Below are positions 50,376 to 60,158 of a stretch of DNA of 64,000 nt, one piece after another. Each line of letters begins with the position of its first letter. Position 1 is the first letter of the stretch. The notes below the pieces were generated by a model. The model had not been told where the DNA came from. It saw nothing but the letters and a program-made list of their open reading frames with translations, and made no database searches. This DNA comes from an uncultured Gemmatimonadales bacterium (lineage in GTDB: Bacteria > Gemmatimonadota > Gemmatimonadetes > Longimicrobiales > RSA9), in the NCBI GenBank assembly GCA_963798085.1, contig CAWCRS010000007.1:1248001-1312000 (forward strand). The letters are read 5' to 3'. A program made the translations under genes and the position numbers.

Positions 50376-50771
50376 ATGGAGATGTCGACACAGTATCACG
50401 GCGTAGGCCGGCGCAAGACGAGCGTGGCCAGGATCTGGCTGGTTCCGGGCTCGGGCGGTTGGCAGGTGAACGGGAAGACAGTGCAGGATTACTTCCCCCG
50501 CCACTCATTGCAACAGCACGCGCAGGAGCCGCTGGCAGCGGCGGACCTGCAGGGACGCTTCGATGTGCGCGCCAACGTTTCGGGCGGCGGACAGACCGGT
50601 CAGGCGGGCGCGATCCGGCTGGCACTGTCGCGCGCGCTCCTGAACTACGACGGGGAACTGCGCAGCAAGCTGCGGGAGAAGGGTCTGCTCACGCGCGACC
50701 CGCGCGAGGTGGAACGCAAGAAGCCGGGTCGCCCGGGTGCACGCAAGCGCTTCCAGTTCTCGAAGCGCTGA
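50376..50771 (+). CDS. rpsI: 30S ribosomal protein S9
   Basis: GRRKTSVAR, GGG..GQAGAIR, LTRD.REVERKK.G..ARK.FQFSKR. Confidence 0.98.
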   Translation: MEMSTQYHGVGRRKTSVARIWLVPGSGGWQVNGKTVQDYFPRHSLQQHAQEPLAAADLQGRFDVRANVSGGGQTGQAGAIRLALSRALLNYDGELRSKLREKGLLTRDPREVERKKPGRPGARKRFQFSKR

Positions 50772-50821
50772 GTCGACGCGCGGGCAAGGCTCGCGCGGCT
50801 GTGTTGTGATACAGGAAAAAA

Positions 50822-50900
50822 CTGCACGCCGCTGGACGGGCCGGTGGGGTCCCGCAATGGGTAACCGGCACGGTTGAAAGCGGCGGAAGATGAACCCCTG
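50822..50900 (+). promoter_or_regulatory. rpsB (S2) autoregulatory leader-like RNA
   Basis: Stems cgccgct/agcggcg and gccggt/accggc; GGGGT (50846-50850) can pair with AACCCC (50893-50898) just before the RBS, as in known S2 leaders. Confidence 0.6.
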
Positions 50901-50915
50901 AGGAGATCGCGAATC

Positions 50916-51794
50916 GTGGAAGCACAGCTCAAGGACCTGCTCGAAGCAGGCGTCCATTTCGGTCATCAGAGCAGCCGTTGGAATCCGAAGATGAAGCGAT
51001 TCATCTTCACCGAGCGCAACGGCATTCACATCATCGATCTGAAGAAGACGCTGGATGCGCTGGAAGCGGCGCGCCAGGCGATCCGGAACGTGACGCTGCA
51101 CGGTGATCGCGTCCTGTTCGTCTGCACGAAGCGCCAGCTTCGGCCCATCATCGAGCAGGAAGCACAGCGTTGCGGTGCGTTCTTCGTGACCGAGCGCTGG
51201 CTGGGTGGCATGCTGACCAACTTCACCACGATCCGCAAGCAGATCCGGCGGCTCAAGGAGCTGGAGCGCGGACTGGATGAAGGCGCGTACGAATTCTACA
51301 CGAAGAAGGAGCAGCTGCTGCTGCAGCGCGAACGGGACAAGCTGGACAAGTACCTGGGAGGTGTGAAGGAAATGGGCCGGCTGCCGGGCGCACTGTTCGT
51401 GGTGGACGCGAAGAAGGAGCTGATCGCGGTCAAGGAAGCGAACAAGCTGGACATGCCGGTGATCGCGATCGCCGACACCAACGCCGATCCGGATGTCATC
51501 GACTTCCCGATCCCGGGCAATGATGACGCGATCCGCTCGGTGCAGCTGATCGCGAGTGCACTGGCCGATGCGATCGAGCTGGCGAAGCGCGAGCTGCCCG
51601 CGGATGCGCGGCGCCGCTCGGACGAGATGGAGGCGACGTCATACTCCACGGAAGGCGGACTGGCGCAGGAAGTGGTGCCGGAGGAGAAGCGGGGTCGCCG
51701 GCGCACGCGTCGTCGTCGCCGGCCGCGGCCGGATGTGATCGCGACACTGCGCACGCCGGGCGAAGACGAAGAGCCCGAAGCGGAAGAGGCATAG
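50916..51794 (+). CDS. rpsB: 30S ribosomal protein S2
   Basis: LLEAGVHFGHQ..RWNPKM, RWLGGMLTN, DTN.DP, PGNDDAIRS. Confidence 0.98.
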   Translation: MEAQLKDLLEAGVHFGHQSSRWNPKMKRFIFTERNGIHIIDLKKTLDALEAARQAIRNVTLHGDRVLFVCTKRQLRPIIEQEAQRCGAFFVTERWLGGMLTNFTTIRKQIRRLKELERGLDEGAYEFYTKKEQLLLQRERDKLDKYLGGVKEMGRLPGALFVVDAKKELIAVKEANKLDMPVIAIADTNADPDVIDFPIPGNDDAIRSVQLIASALADAIELAKRELPADARRRSDEMEATSYSTEGGLAQEVVPEEKRGRRRTRRRRRPRPDVIATLRTPGEDEEPEAEEA

Positions 51795-51823
51795 AGACAG
51801 CGCGGCGGACGAAGGTTCGAGAG

Positions 51824-51868
51824 AAGCGCTGTAGTGCTGCCTCGCCGCAGCGCTGCAGCGCTTTTTTT
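51824..51868 (+). terminator. Intrinsic terminator/attenuator between rpsB and tsf
   Basis: aagcgctgtagtgctgc-ctcgcc-gcagcgctgcagcgc followed by T7. Confidence 0.8.
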
Positions 51869-51936
51869 CGAGGCGCCCGAGCGCGCTGGCGCGCTGGAGA
51901 ACGGTTACCGACACACGAGGGTGAAAGGCGGAGAGG

Positions 51937-52534
51937 ATGGAGATCAGTGCTGGGCAGGTGAAGGAGCTGCGCGACATACGGGTGCGGGCATGATGGAGTG
52001 CAAGCGCGCGCTGCAGGATTCGGCCGGCGATGTGGAGAAGGCGATCGACTGCTGCGTTCGCGGGGCGCGGCCAAGGTGGCGAAGCGCGCGGGCCGCGAGG
52101 CGCGCGAGGGCGCGGTGGGCAGCTACGTGCACACGGGCGGCAAGGTCGGCGTGCTGATCGAAGTGAACTGTGAGACCGATTTCGTCGGTCGTAATGATCA
52201 GTTTCAGAAACTCGTGCGCGAGCTGGCCATGCACATTGCCGCCATGAAGCCGCTGGCGGTGACGCCGGAGGAGATTCCCGCGGATGTCATTGAGCGCGAG
52301 CGCAGTGTGGCGCTGGAGAAGGCGGGGAACGAAGGCAAGCCCGAGCACCTGCTGGGGCGGATCGCCGACGGCGCCGTGAAGAAGTTCTACCAGGAGTACA
52401 CACTCATGGAGCAGGACTGGGTGCGCGAGCCGGAGCGCAAGCTGAAGGTGCGCGACATCGTGCACGAAGTGGCAACGGTGACGGGCGAGAACATTGTCGT
52501 TCGACGGTTCGTGCGCTATGAGCTCGGTGAGTGA
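51937..52534 (+). CDS. tsf: Elongation factor Ts, short form (two frameshifts near 51977 and 52049)
   Basis: [54 protein letters not shown]. Confidence 0.92.
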
Positions 52535-52544
52535 GGACGGCCCG

Positions 52545-53262
52545 GTGGCGGAGGCGCTGAAGTACAAGCGAGTCCTGCTGAAGTTCAGCGGGGAGGCGCT
52601 GGCGGGAGAGCGTGGCTTCGGCATCTCGCCACCTGTCGTCGACCGGCTCACGGAGGAAGTCAAAGCCCTGCATCGCATGGGTGTTTCCGTGGCGCTGGTG
52701 ATCGGAGGCGGCAACATCGTGCGGGGCACACAGGCCAGCGCGCAGGGCATGGACCGCGTCAGCGCCGACTACATGGGCATGCTGGCCACGGTCATCAATG
52801 CGCTCGCCATGCAGGACCTGCTGGAGAAGAAGGAAGTTTCGACGCGCGTGATGACGGCGCTGCGCATGGAGGCGGTGGCTGAGCCGTACATCCGGCGGCG
52901 CGCGTTGCGCCATCTGGAGAAGGGTCGCCTGGTAATCTTCGCGGGTGGCACGGGCAATCCCTACTTCTCGACCGACACCGCAGCGGTACTGCGCGCCATC
53001 GAGATTCACGCCGACGTGCTGATCAAGGCGACGAAGGTGGAGGGTGTGTATACGTCGGATCCGGAGATCGATCCGGATGCGACGTTCATTCCCGCCATCA
53101 CGTTCCAGGACGTGCTGACGCGCGAGTTGCGTGTGATGGACGCACCCGCAGTTTCACTCTGCAAGGACAACGGACTGCCCGATCATTGTGCTCAACATCA
53201 ACAAGCGCGGCGCAGTGGCGGCGGCCATTCGCGGGGAAACCGCGGGTACGCTGGTCAGCTAG
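52545..53262 (+). CDS. pyrH: UMP kinase (frameshift near 53180)
   Basis: [34 protein letters not shown]; corrected C-terminus LPIIVLNI...GTLVS-stop. Confidence 0.95.
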
Positions 53263-53313
53263 ACAGGCGGGGATTATCTTCGAAGCTGTAACGGGTTCCG
53301 CGGCGGAGGGGGC

Positions 53314-53863
53314 ATGACGCACGGCGAAGTGCGGGCGCACATGGACAAGGCGATCGAGGCTGTACGTCGCGAATTCTGCGGGAGTCCGAACGGGCAAGGC
53401 TTCGCCCGCACTGCTGGATACGGTGCGGGTCGATGCCTACGGCTCGAAGATGCCGATCAGCCAGCTGGGCACGATCAGCGCGCCCGAGCCGCGCATGCTG
53501 ATCGTGCAGCCCTGGGACAAGAGCCTGATGGGCCCGATCGAGAAGGCCATTCGCAGCGCCGAGCTGGGTCTCAATCCGGCGAACGACGGCAACATCATCC
53601 GCATTCCGATTCCCCAGCTCAACGAGGAGCGGCGTCGCGAGATGGTGCGGTTGGTCCACAAGCTGGCGGAGGAAGGGCGCGTGGCCATCCGGCACGCCCG
53701 CCAGGAAGCGAACAAGCAGATCAAGTCACGCGAGCACGAGCACGATCTGAGCGAGGACGAAGCACGTCGCATGGTAGACGAGGTGCAGAAAATCACGGAC
53801 GAATACATCACGAAGATCGACCATCTCCTCAAGGCGAAGGAGGAGGAGGTGATGGAGGTCTAG
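53314..53863 (+). CDS. frr: Ribosome recycling factor (frameshift near 53378)
   Basis: M.KA.E....EF..VRTG.ASP.LLD.V.V..YG; LGLNP..DG..IR..IP.L.EERR; K.KE.EVM. Confidence 0.95.
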
Positions 53864-53864
53864 C

Positions 53865-54623
53865 TTGACGGCGGGCGCGGACTCGGCGGAATTGCTGCAG
53901 ACAATCAAGCGGGGCGGTCGCGTTCCCGCGCACGTTGCCGTAATCATGGATGGCAACGGACGCTGGGCGAAATCGAAAGGCCTGCCGCGCTTCCGCGGTC
54001 ACGCCGCGGGCATGGAAGCGGTGCGCGATGTCATTGAAGGTGCCATCGCGGCCGGTGTCACCCACCTGACGCTCTTCGCTTTCTCACAGGAGAACTGGAA
54101 CCGGCCGGCGCGCGAGGTGGCCTCGCTCATGCGCCTGCTCGAGCGTTACGTGACACGCGAGCGGAACGAGCTGAGACGGCAGGGCGTGCGCGTGCGTGTG
54201 CTGGGCGACATCGAGCGCCTGGCCAGCGGGCCGCGCAACGCAGTGGCCGAGATCGAGCGCGCCACAGCCGTTGGCCGCACTCTCCATCTCAACCTCATGA
54301 TCAGCTATGGCAGCCGTGCAGAGATCGCGCGTGCCGCCCGCCGTCTAGCCGAGCGCGTCGAGCGCGGCGAGCTGGCGGCCGACGACATCGATGAGGCCGC
54401 GTTCGCCGCGGAGCTGTACACAGCCGACACGCCCGACCCCGATCTGCTGATCCGCACATCCGGCGAGCTGCGCATCAGCAACTTCATGCTCTGGCAGCTG
54501 GCTTACACCGAGTTATACATTACACCGGTGCTGTGGCCGGATTTCCGGCGCGACCACCTCTTCGCCGCCATCCACGAGTACCAGAAACGCGATCGCCGCT
54601 TCGGCCGCGTGACGGCCGGCTGA
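53865..54623 (+). CDS. uppS: Undecaprenyl diphosphate synthase
   Basis: HVAVIMDGNGRWA, AFS.ENW.RP, DLLIRTSGE.R.SNFMLWQ.AY, R.RRFG. Confidence 0.96.
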   Translation: MTAGADSAELLQTIKRGGRVPAHVAVIMDGNGRWAKSKGLPRFRGHAAGMEAVRDVIEGAIAAGVTHLTLFAFSQENWNRPAREVASLMRLLERYVTRERNELRRQGVRVRVLGDIERLASGPRNAVAEIERATAVGRTLHLNLMISYGSRAEIARAARRLAERVERGELAADDIDEAAFAAELYTADTPDPDLLIRTSGELRISNFMLWQLAYTELYITPVLWPDFRRDHLFAAIHEYQKRDRRFGRVTAG

Positions 54624-54627
54624 GCGC

Positions 54628-55512
54628 ATGGCGGCCGGCGAGCTGGCGAGGCGTGTCGCAGTCGCAGCCGTCGGCCTGCCGCTGGCCGTAATCGCGATCT
54701 ATCTGGGTGGCTGGTTCCTGGGCGTACCCCTGGCGCTGCTGGCCGCTCTGGGCAGTGGCGAGGTTTACGCACTGGCCGCCACCAGGGGCGTGCGCGCGTT
54801 CCGGCTCGCGGGCGGCGCACTCTCTGCCACATTCGTGGCCCTCGCCGCGTCCGGATTGGGATTGGCGACAATGTCGGTCTGGCTCTGGGTCGCGGTGCTG
54901 GCGGCCGCGCTGGGCACGGCTGTGGCCAGTCTCTGGCTGCGTGGTGTCGACGCGGACCCGCTGGGCGCCAGCGCGGTCACGGTCTATGGCGCAGTCTTCG
55001 TGGGCGGCAGTCTGTCGTTCGCGCTGCTGCTGCGTGATCTTGTGGAGCCGGCGCGCGCGTCGTGGGGCGGTGCGGCCCTGGTGGCGTATCCCCTGGCTGT
55101 CACCTGGATCGGCGATACCCTCGCCTACTTCTGCGGCAAGCGCTGGGGCCGGCACAAGCTGAGCGCGGTCATCAGTCCCAGGAAGACAGTCGAAGGCGCT
55201 GTGGCTGGCCTGATCGGATCGATCGGCGCGGGCGCTCTGGTCGGGTGGCTGGTCTTCGACCTGTGGCTGGGCTGGCCCATCGGCGCGGGCGCAGGCGCGG
55301 TGGGCGGTCTGCTGATTGGCCCGGTCGCGCAGATCGGTGATCTGGCCGAATCCCTTTTCAAGCGGGCGGCAGGCGTGAAGGATTCCGGCACCTTCTTCCC
55401 CGGCCATGGCGGCATCCTGGACCGATTCGATGCGCTGTTCCTGGCGCTGCCGGTCGCCTGGGTCTATCTGACGCTGCTGCTGCCGCTGGCCGTCGACCTA
55501 CCATGGCGTTAG
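54628..55512 (+). CDS. cdsA: Phosphatidate cytidylyltransferase
   Basis: DT.AYF.G..G.HKL...SP.KT.EG, GDL.ES.FKR..GVKDSG..PGHGG.LDRFD. Confidence 0.95.
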   Translation: MAAGELARRVAVAAVGLPLAVIAIYLGGWFLGVPLALLAALGSGEVYALAATRGVRAFRLAGGALSATFVALAASGLGLATMSVWLWVAVLAAALGTAVASLWLRGVDADPLGASAVTVYGAVFVGGSLSFALLLRDLVEPARASWGGAALVAYPLAVTWIGDTLAYFCGKRWGRHKLSAVISPRKTVEGAVAGLIGSIGAGALVGWLVFDLWLGWPIGAGAGAVGGLLIGPVAQIGDLAESLFKRAAGVKDSGTFFPGHGGILDRFDALFLALPVAWVYLTLLLPLAVDLPWR

Positions 55513-56652
55513 GCGTGGCCTTGCTCGGGTGCACCGGCTCGATTGGCCGGAGCGCGCTCGCGGTGCTCGATCGCCATCCCGACGAATTCCGCATCGTCGC
55601 TCTCGCCGCCCATCGCAACCGGGCGGCGCTGCTCGCGCTGGCGACACGATACCGGCCCGCGCTTTCCGTGCTGGTGGATCGAGAAGCCCTGAATGGCGGG
55701 CCGCTCACCGGTGAATCGACCGTGCGCACGGGCCGCGAAGCGCTGATCGAGGCGGCGACCAGGCCCGATGTGGACGTGGTGATCAATGCCGTCGTGGGCG
55801 CGGCTGGCCTCGAGGCGACACTGGCGGCGCTGGAAGCCGGCAAACGACTGGCACTGGCGAACAAGGAATCGCTCGTGGCCGGAGGGCCGCTGGTGCTGAA
55901 CGCGTTGCGCGGCGGCGGCGGGCGTCTGGTGCCGATCGACAGCGAGCACAGCGCGATCCTGCAATGTCTGAACGGGTCGAGCCCGCAGAATGCGGAAGAT
56001 CATCCTCACCGCATCGGGCGGGCCGTTCCGCGGTCTGACGGCGGAGGCCATGGCGTCCGTTACACCGGAGCAGGCGCTGCGCCATCCGACGTGGGACATG
56101 GGCGCGAAGGTGACAGTCGATTCCGCGTCACTCGCCAACAAGGCGCTGGAAGTGATCGAGGCGCACTTCCTTTTCGGCCTGTCCTACGACGACATTGATG
56201 TCGTCGTGCACCCGCAGTCCATCATCCACTCAATGGTAGAATTCGTGGATGGATCCGTGGTGGCGCAGATGGGGTTTCCCAGCATGGAGCTGCCGATCCT
56301 CTACGCGCTGACGCACCCCCGGCGGCTGGACGATCCGGGCGTACGGCGCTTCGATCCGGTAGCGGCGGCGCCACTGACATTCGAGCCGGTGGACCCGCTG
56401 CGTTTTCCGGCGTTCCGCCTGGGCGTGGCCGCGGGACGGACCGGCGGGACCGCCCCGGCGGTATTCAATGCAGCCAACGAGGTTGCAGTCGCAGGGTTCC
56501 TCGCCGGGCAACTGAGCTTCGACAGGATGGCGGTGGTCATCGAGACGGCACTGGCTGCGCATGCGGCGGTGCCCGTCGATTCACTCGAGACCGTGCTCGC
56601 GGCGGATCGTGAGGCGAGAGCGACGGCCGCGATTGCATTGAGGAAGAGCTGA
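55503..56652 (+). CDS. dxr: 1-deoxy-D-xylulose-5-phosphate reductoisomerase (frameshift near 55989)
   Basis: LG.TGSIG, LANKESLV, PIDSEHSAI, LTASGGPFR, HP.W.MG.K.TVDS, NAANE.AV. Confidence 0.95.
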
Positions 56653-58048
56653 TGCTGACAACGCTTCTGGCCGCGGCACTGGTCCTCGGCGTGCTGATCT
56701 TCGTTCACGAGCTGGGCCACTTCCTGACGGCCAAGCTGGTGGGCATCGAAGTGCCGCGCTTCTCGATCGGCTTCGGCCCGCGCGTCTTCGGCTTCCGTCA
56801 CGGCGAGACCGAGTACGTGCTCTCGCTCCTGCCTCTGGGCGGCTACGTGAAGATGGCCGGCATGGAGGAGATGGAGGGGATCGAGGGTGGCGCAGCGAGT
56901 GCGACAGCCGGCGGCGCCCAGCCCGGTGCCGGGACGGCACAATCGACACAGCGCGTGATCGGCCCGCGCGACTTCGAATCCAAATCGCTGCCTGCGCGGA
57001 CGCTCGTCATTACGGCGGGCGTGATCATGAACCTGATTTTCGCGTTTGTCGTATTCGCGAGCATCGGCATGGTGTGGGGTGTCGCGCACTCGCCGGATCC
57101 CGTGATCGGCAACGTCGCGGAAGAGCGACTGCCGCCCGGTACAGAGGCGCTCACGCACCTGCCGCGCAACGCACGCATGACGTTCGTCGGCCGGGACAGC
57201 GTTGCCGACTTCGATGACCTGCGGCTGGCGTTCACGACGGCGCGTGCGGGCGACACCGAGCTGCGCTTCGCGGACGCGCCCGCCGTGCACATTCAGGTAC
57301 CATCCGCCGACTCTCTTCGCCTCTCGCTCATCGCGGCCTTCGAGCCGGTCTCCAATGCACCGGCGGTGCTCGATTCGGTGGTGGCGGGCGAGCCGGCCGC
57401 CAGCGCGGGACTCCGCGCCGGCGACCGCATCCTGACCGCAGACGGTCAGCCCGTACGCAGCTGGCAGGACTTCGGCGCGGCCATCGAGCAGGCGCCGGGA
57501 CGACCGCTCCCGCTGACGGTGCTGCGCGGCACGGACACGCTGCCCATGACCGTGACGCCGCAGGCGCGGCAACTCGCGAATGGCCTGAGTGTCGGCCGCA
57601 TTGGTGTTTCCGGCAGGCAGGAAGAAACCGTGACGCCTCGCCGGCGCCTGGGCCCGGTCCGGGCGGTGGCATGGGGCTTCAGTCAGACCAGGCGCTGGGT
57701 CGGACTGACGTTCAATTTCCTCGGTGGCATGGTCACGGGCCGACTCTCTCCGCGCAACATGGGCGGGCCCATCATGATCACGCAGATCAGCGGCGAAGCC
57801 GCCCGCGCCGGCCTCGAGGCGCTGCTCAATTTCATGGCGCTGCTCTCCGTGAACCTCGCCATTCTCAACCTTCTGCCCATTCCCGTCCTGGATGGCGGCC
57901 ACCTGGTGTTCCTGCTGGCCGAAGCCATCCGCGGCCGTCCCGTCCCCATCGAACAACGCATCCGCTGGACCAAGCTCGGTTTCATCCTGATCCTGCTGCT
58001 GATGACCTTCGCGATCGGGAATGACATTGTTCGGTGGATCGGCATTGA
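56652..58048 (+). CDS. rseP: RIP metalloprotease RseP (true stop probably 58046-58048, missed through a -1 indel)
   Basis: HELGH, PLGGYVKMAG, PDZ, GPI.I, NLLPIPVLDGGH, typical end ..NDIVR. Confidence 0.93.
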
Positions 58049-58065
58049 GGACTACGACTCCACTG

Positions 58066-58087
58066 GGTTGCTGCGGCTGGTTGCCCG
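58066..58087 (+). repeat. Copy of the GGTTGCTG(G/C)GGCT unit
   Basis: ggttgctgcggct-ggttgcccg, just after the predicted rseP stop. Confidence 0.55.
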
Positions 58088-58104
58088 TAACGCAGTTGAA
58101 CGTC

Positions 58105-58929
58105 CTACAGAAGCGCGAGCTGCTCGGCGCGTACCACGCGGCGGCGCAGCGCGACCAGGTCGAGGGGCTCCATGGGGCGGTCCTGGAGGGCGACTTCGAG
58201 CCAGCCGCGGAAGCCGACGCGGTTCAGAGCGCGGCCGATCACGGCGCGGGCCAGGCCGGCGTCGTTGCAGTGCTGGCTGAGGTGGGCGAGGGCGACGCCG
58301 GCGAGGCCGGGGTGGTAGAGTTCGCGGATCAGCTCGGCGGCTGCGCGGTTGGAGAGATGGCCGTGGCTTGATGCAATACGCTGTTTGACGGACCACGGAT
58401 AGGGACCCCGCCATAACATCGCATCATCGTGGTTGGCTTCCAGGATCAGCAGCTGACAGCGAGCGAGTGCGGCGCGCACGGCGGTTGTCGGGCGGCCGAG
58501 ATCGGTGGCAATGCCCATTTTCGTGCCGCTCGCGGGATGGCTCACCGTGATGGCGACGGGGTCTGCGGCGTCGTGTACGGTGACGAACGGGTGCACCTCG
58601 AGACCGCCAATGCGGAAGGACTGCGACGAGGCGTAGGGCCGCACGACTTCCTCGCCGGTCAGCAGCGCGGCGCAGGCTTCCGCAGTCCGCTGCGTGAGGT
58701 GCAGCGGTACGCGGAAGCGGCGCGCGAGCACACCCATGCCGCGCGTGTGGTCCACGTGATCGTGCGTAATAATGATGCCGGCGAGCGACGCGGGCTCGAC
58801 ACCGACGTGTCGCATGCGCTCTTCGATGTCGCGGCCACTGAAGCCGGCGTCGAGCAGCAGTGCGGTGCCATCGGCTTCCACGAGCGTGGCATTGCCTTCG
58901 CTGCCACTGCCCAGGATGGTGACCCTCAT
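58105..58929 (-). CDS. MBL-fold metallo-hydrolase (YycJ/WalJ-like)
   Basis: LGSGS.GNA, LLDAG.S, THDHVDH, HDA.DP, ATDLG, LEANHD, YPW.VK.RI....GHLSN, LAHLS. Confidence 0.92.
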   Translation of the reverse strand: MRVTILGSGSEGNATLVEADGTALLLDAGFSGRDIEERMRHVGVEPASLAGIIITHDHVDHTRGMGVLARRFRVPLHLTQRTAEACAALLTGEEVVRPYASSQSFRIGGLEVHPFVTVHDAADPVAITVSHPASGTKMGIATDLGRPTTAVRAALARCQLLILEANHDDAMLWRGPYPWSVKQRIASSHGHLSNRAAAELIRELYHPGLAGVALAHLSQHCNDAGLARAVIGRALNRVGFRGWLEVALQDRPMEPLDLVALRRRVVRAEQLALL

Positions 58930-60158
58930 GCGGAGGCGTCGCGTGCGGTGTGCCAGGCCGCGGTCAGCACGCGGCGCAAACCCGGTGTCAGGCTGAGCTG
59001 CCGCCGCTTCATGACCGTCTCTGCGGTTGCGAGGAAGCGGTCGAGCGCGTGCACGTCGGCGCCGTCATTGCCCCAGGCGAAGGGCGGCACGTACCTCGGC
59101 GGCCTGCGCTCGCCGAAGAGATTGGCGCCGGCGCCCACTACGGTTCCGGTGTTGAGCAGCGTGCCGATCGCAGTCTTCACGTGATCACCCAGCAGACAGC
59201 CGATCTTGCTCTCGCCCGTATCGCGGTCGCCTGAAGGCGTCCAGATGCGCACACTGCCGTAGTTGTTCTTCAGGTCACTGTTCGTGGTTAGCGCGCCCAT
59301 GTTCACCCAGCGGCCCACGTAGGCGTGACCGAGGAAGCCGTCGTGCGCCTTGTTCGTGTACCCCAGAATCACGGACGCTTCCACTTCACCGCGCACCTTG
59401 CACGCGGGACCGATGGACACGCCGCTGAACGAGCCGCCCAGCAGCGTGCTGCCCCGGCCGACGTACGCGGGCCCGGCAAGACGCGTGAAGGCGCGCACCG
59501 TGACGTCATCATCGAGCCACACGGGACCGCTCGTGCAGTCGACAACCACGCCGGGCTCGAAGGTGACGCGGCCGCCCAGGCGCACGAGTCGCGGCGATGC
59601 GCCAATGCCGGCGACGTGCGGGGGCAAGCCTGCACTGGTCACACCCATACCGTGCGCGATGTCTTCTGTCAGCTGCGCGCTGTTGCGCGTCATCAGCTCC
59701 CACACATTGACGAGCAGGATGCAATCGAGTGCAATGCACGCGAGATCGGGACGGCGGTCCGCGGCCTGCTGCGGCGAGGCGAAGAACCAGGACGGCGGCG
59801 CGGCGGCGGAAGCGGGCGAAAACCAGCCGACCACATCGTCGCCTGACATTAGTAACGCTTCGCGGACCGGCACCTCGAAGGGCGCCCGCCATGCCGGCAC
59901 CGCGCGTGAGCTGAGCCAGACGCAGGATCCACGCGCGGGTGCGGGATCGAGCACGGGCGCGGCGCCCGGCTCATCGAAGCCGCGCAGCCCTGGCGAGGCG
60001 ATGTGTCCGGCGCAGGGCGCGTTGAACACGGATTCGACACGCTCGCGCAGTGTGCAGGCGCCGAAGAGCAGCTCGCCCGCGGGACGCGTCAGCGTGAACG
60101 GCTGCCACGCGGCGGCCACCGCATCATCGAACAGAATGATGCTGCCCGGGTTCGCCAT
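58926..60158 (-). CDS. Putative sugar nucleotidyltransferase with hexapeptide repeats (GlmU-like)
   Basis: PFTLTRPAGELL.G..TLRER; GPV.L; NK.HDGFLGH.Y.G.WVN.GA.T.NSDLKNNY; GDH.KT.I. Confidence 0.85.
   Translation of the reverse strand: MANPGSIILFDDAVAAAWQPFTLTRPAGELLFGACTLRERVESVFNAPCAGHIASPGLRGFDEPGAAPVLDPAPARGSCVWLSSRAVPAWRAPFEVPVREALLMSGDDVVGWFSPASAAAPPSWFFASPQQAADRRPDLACIALDCILLVNVWELMTRNSAQLTEDIAHGMGVTSAGLPPHVAGIGASPRLVRLGGRVTFEPGVVVDCTSGPVWLDDDVTVRAFTRLAGPAYVGRGSTLLGGSFSGVSIGPACKVRGEVEASVILGYTNKAHDGFLGHAYVGRWVNMGALTTNSDLKNNYGSVRIWTPSGDRDTGESKIGCLLGDHVKTAIGTLLNTGTVVGAGANLFGERRPPRYVPPFAWGNDGADVHALDRFLATAETVMKRRQLSLTPGLRRVLTAAWHTARDASA

Noticed and set aside
56652..58280. RseP with a 75-aa C-terminal extension overlapping the MBL hydrolase
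   Set aside because: The extension is antisense to a real gene and runs through an intergenic repeat; a TGA one base out of frame sits at the expected end (58046-58048)
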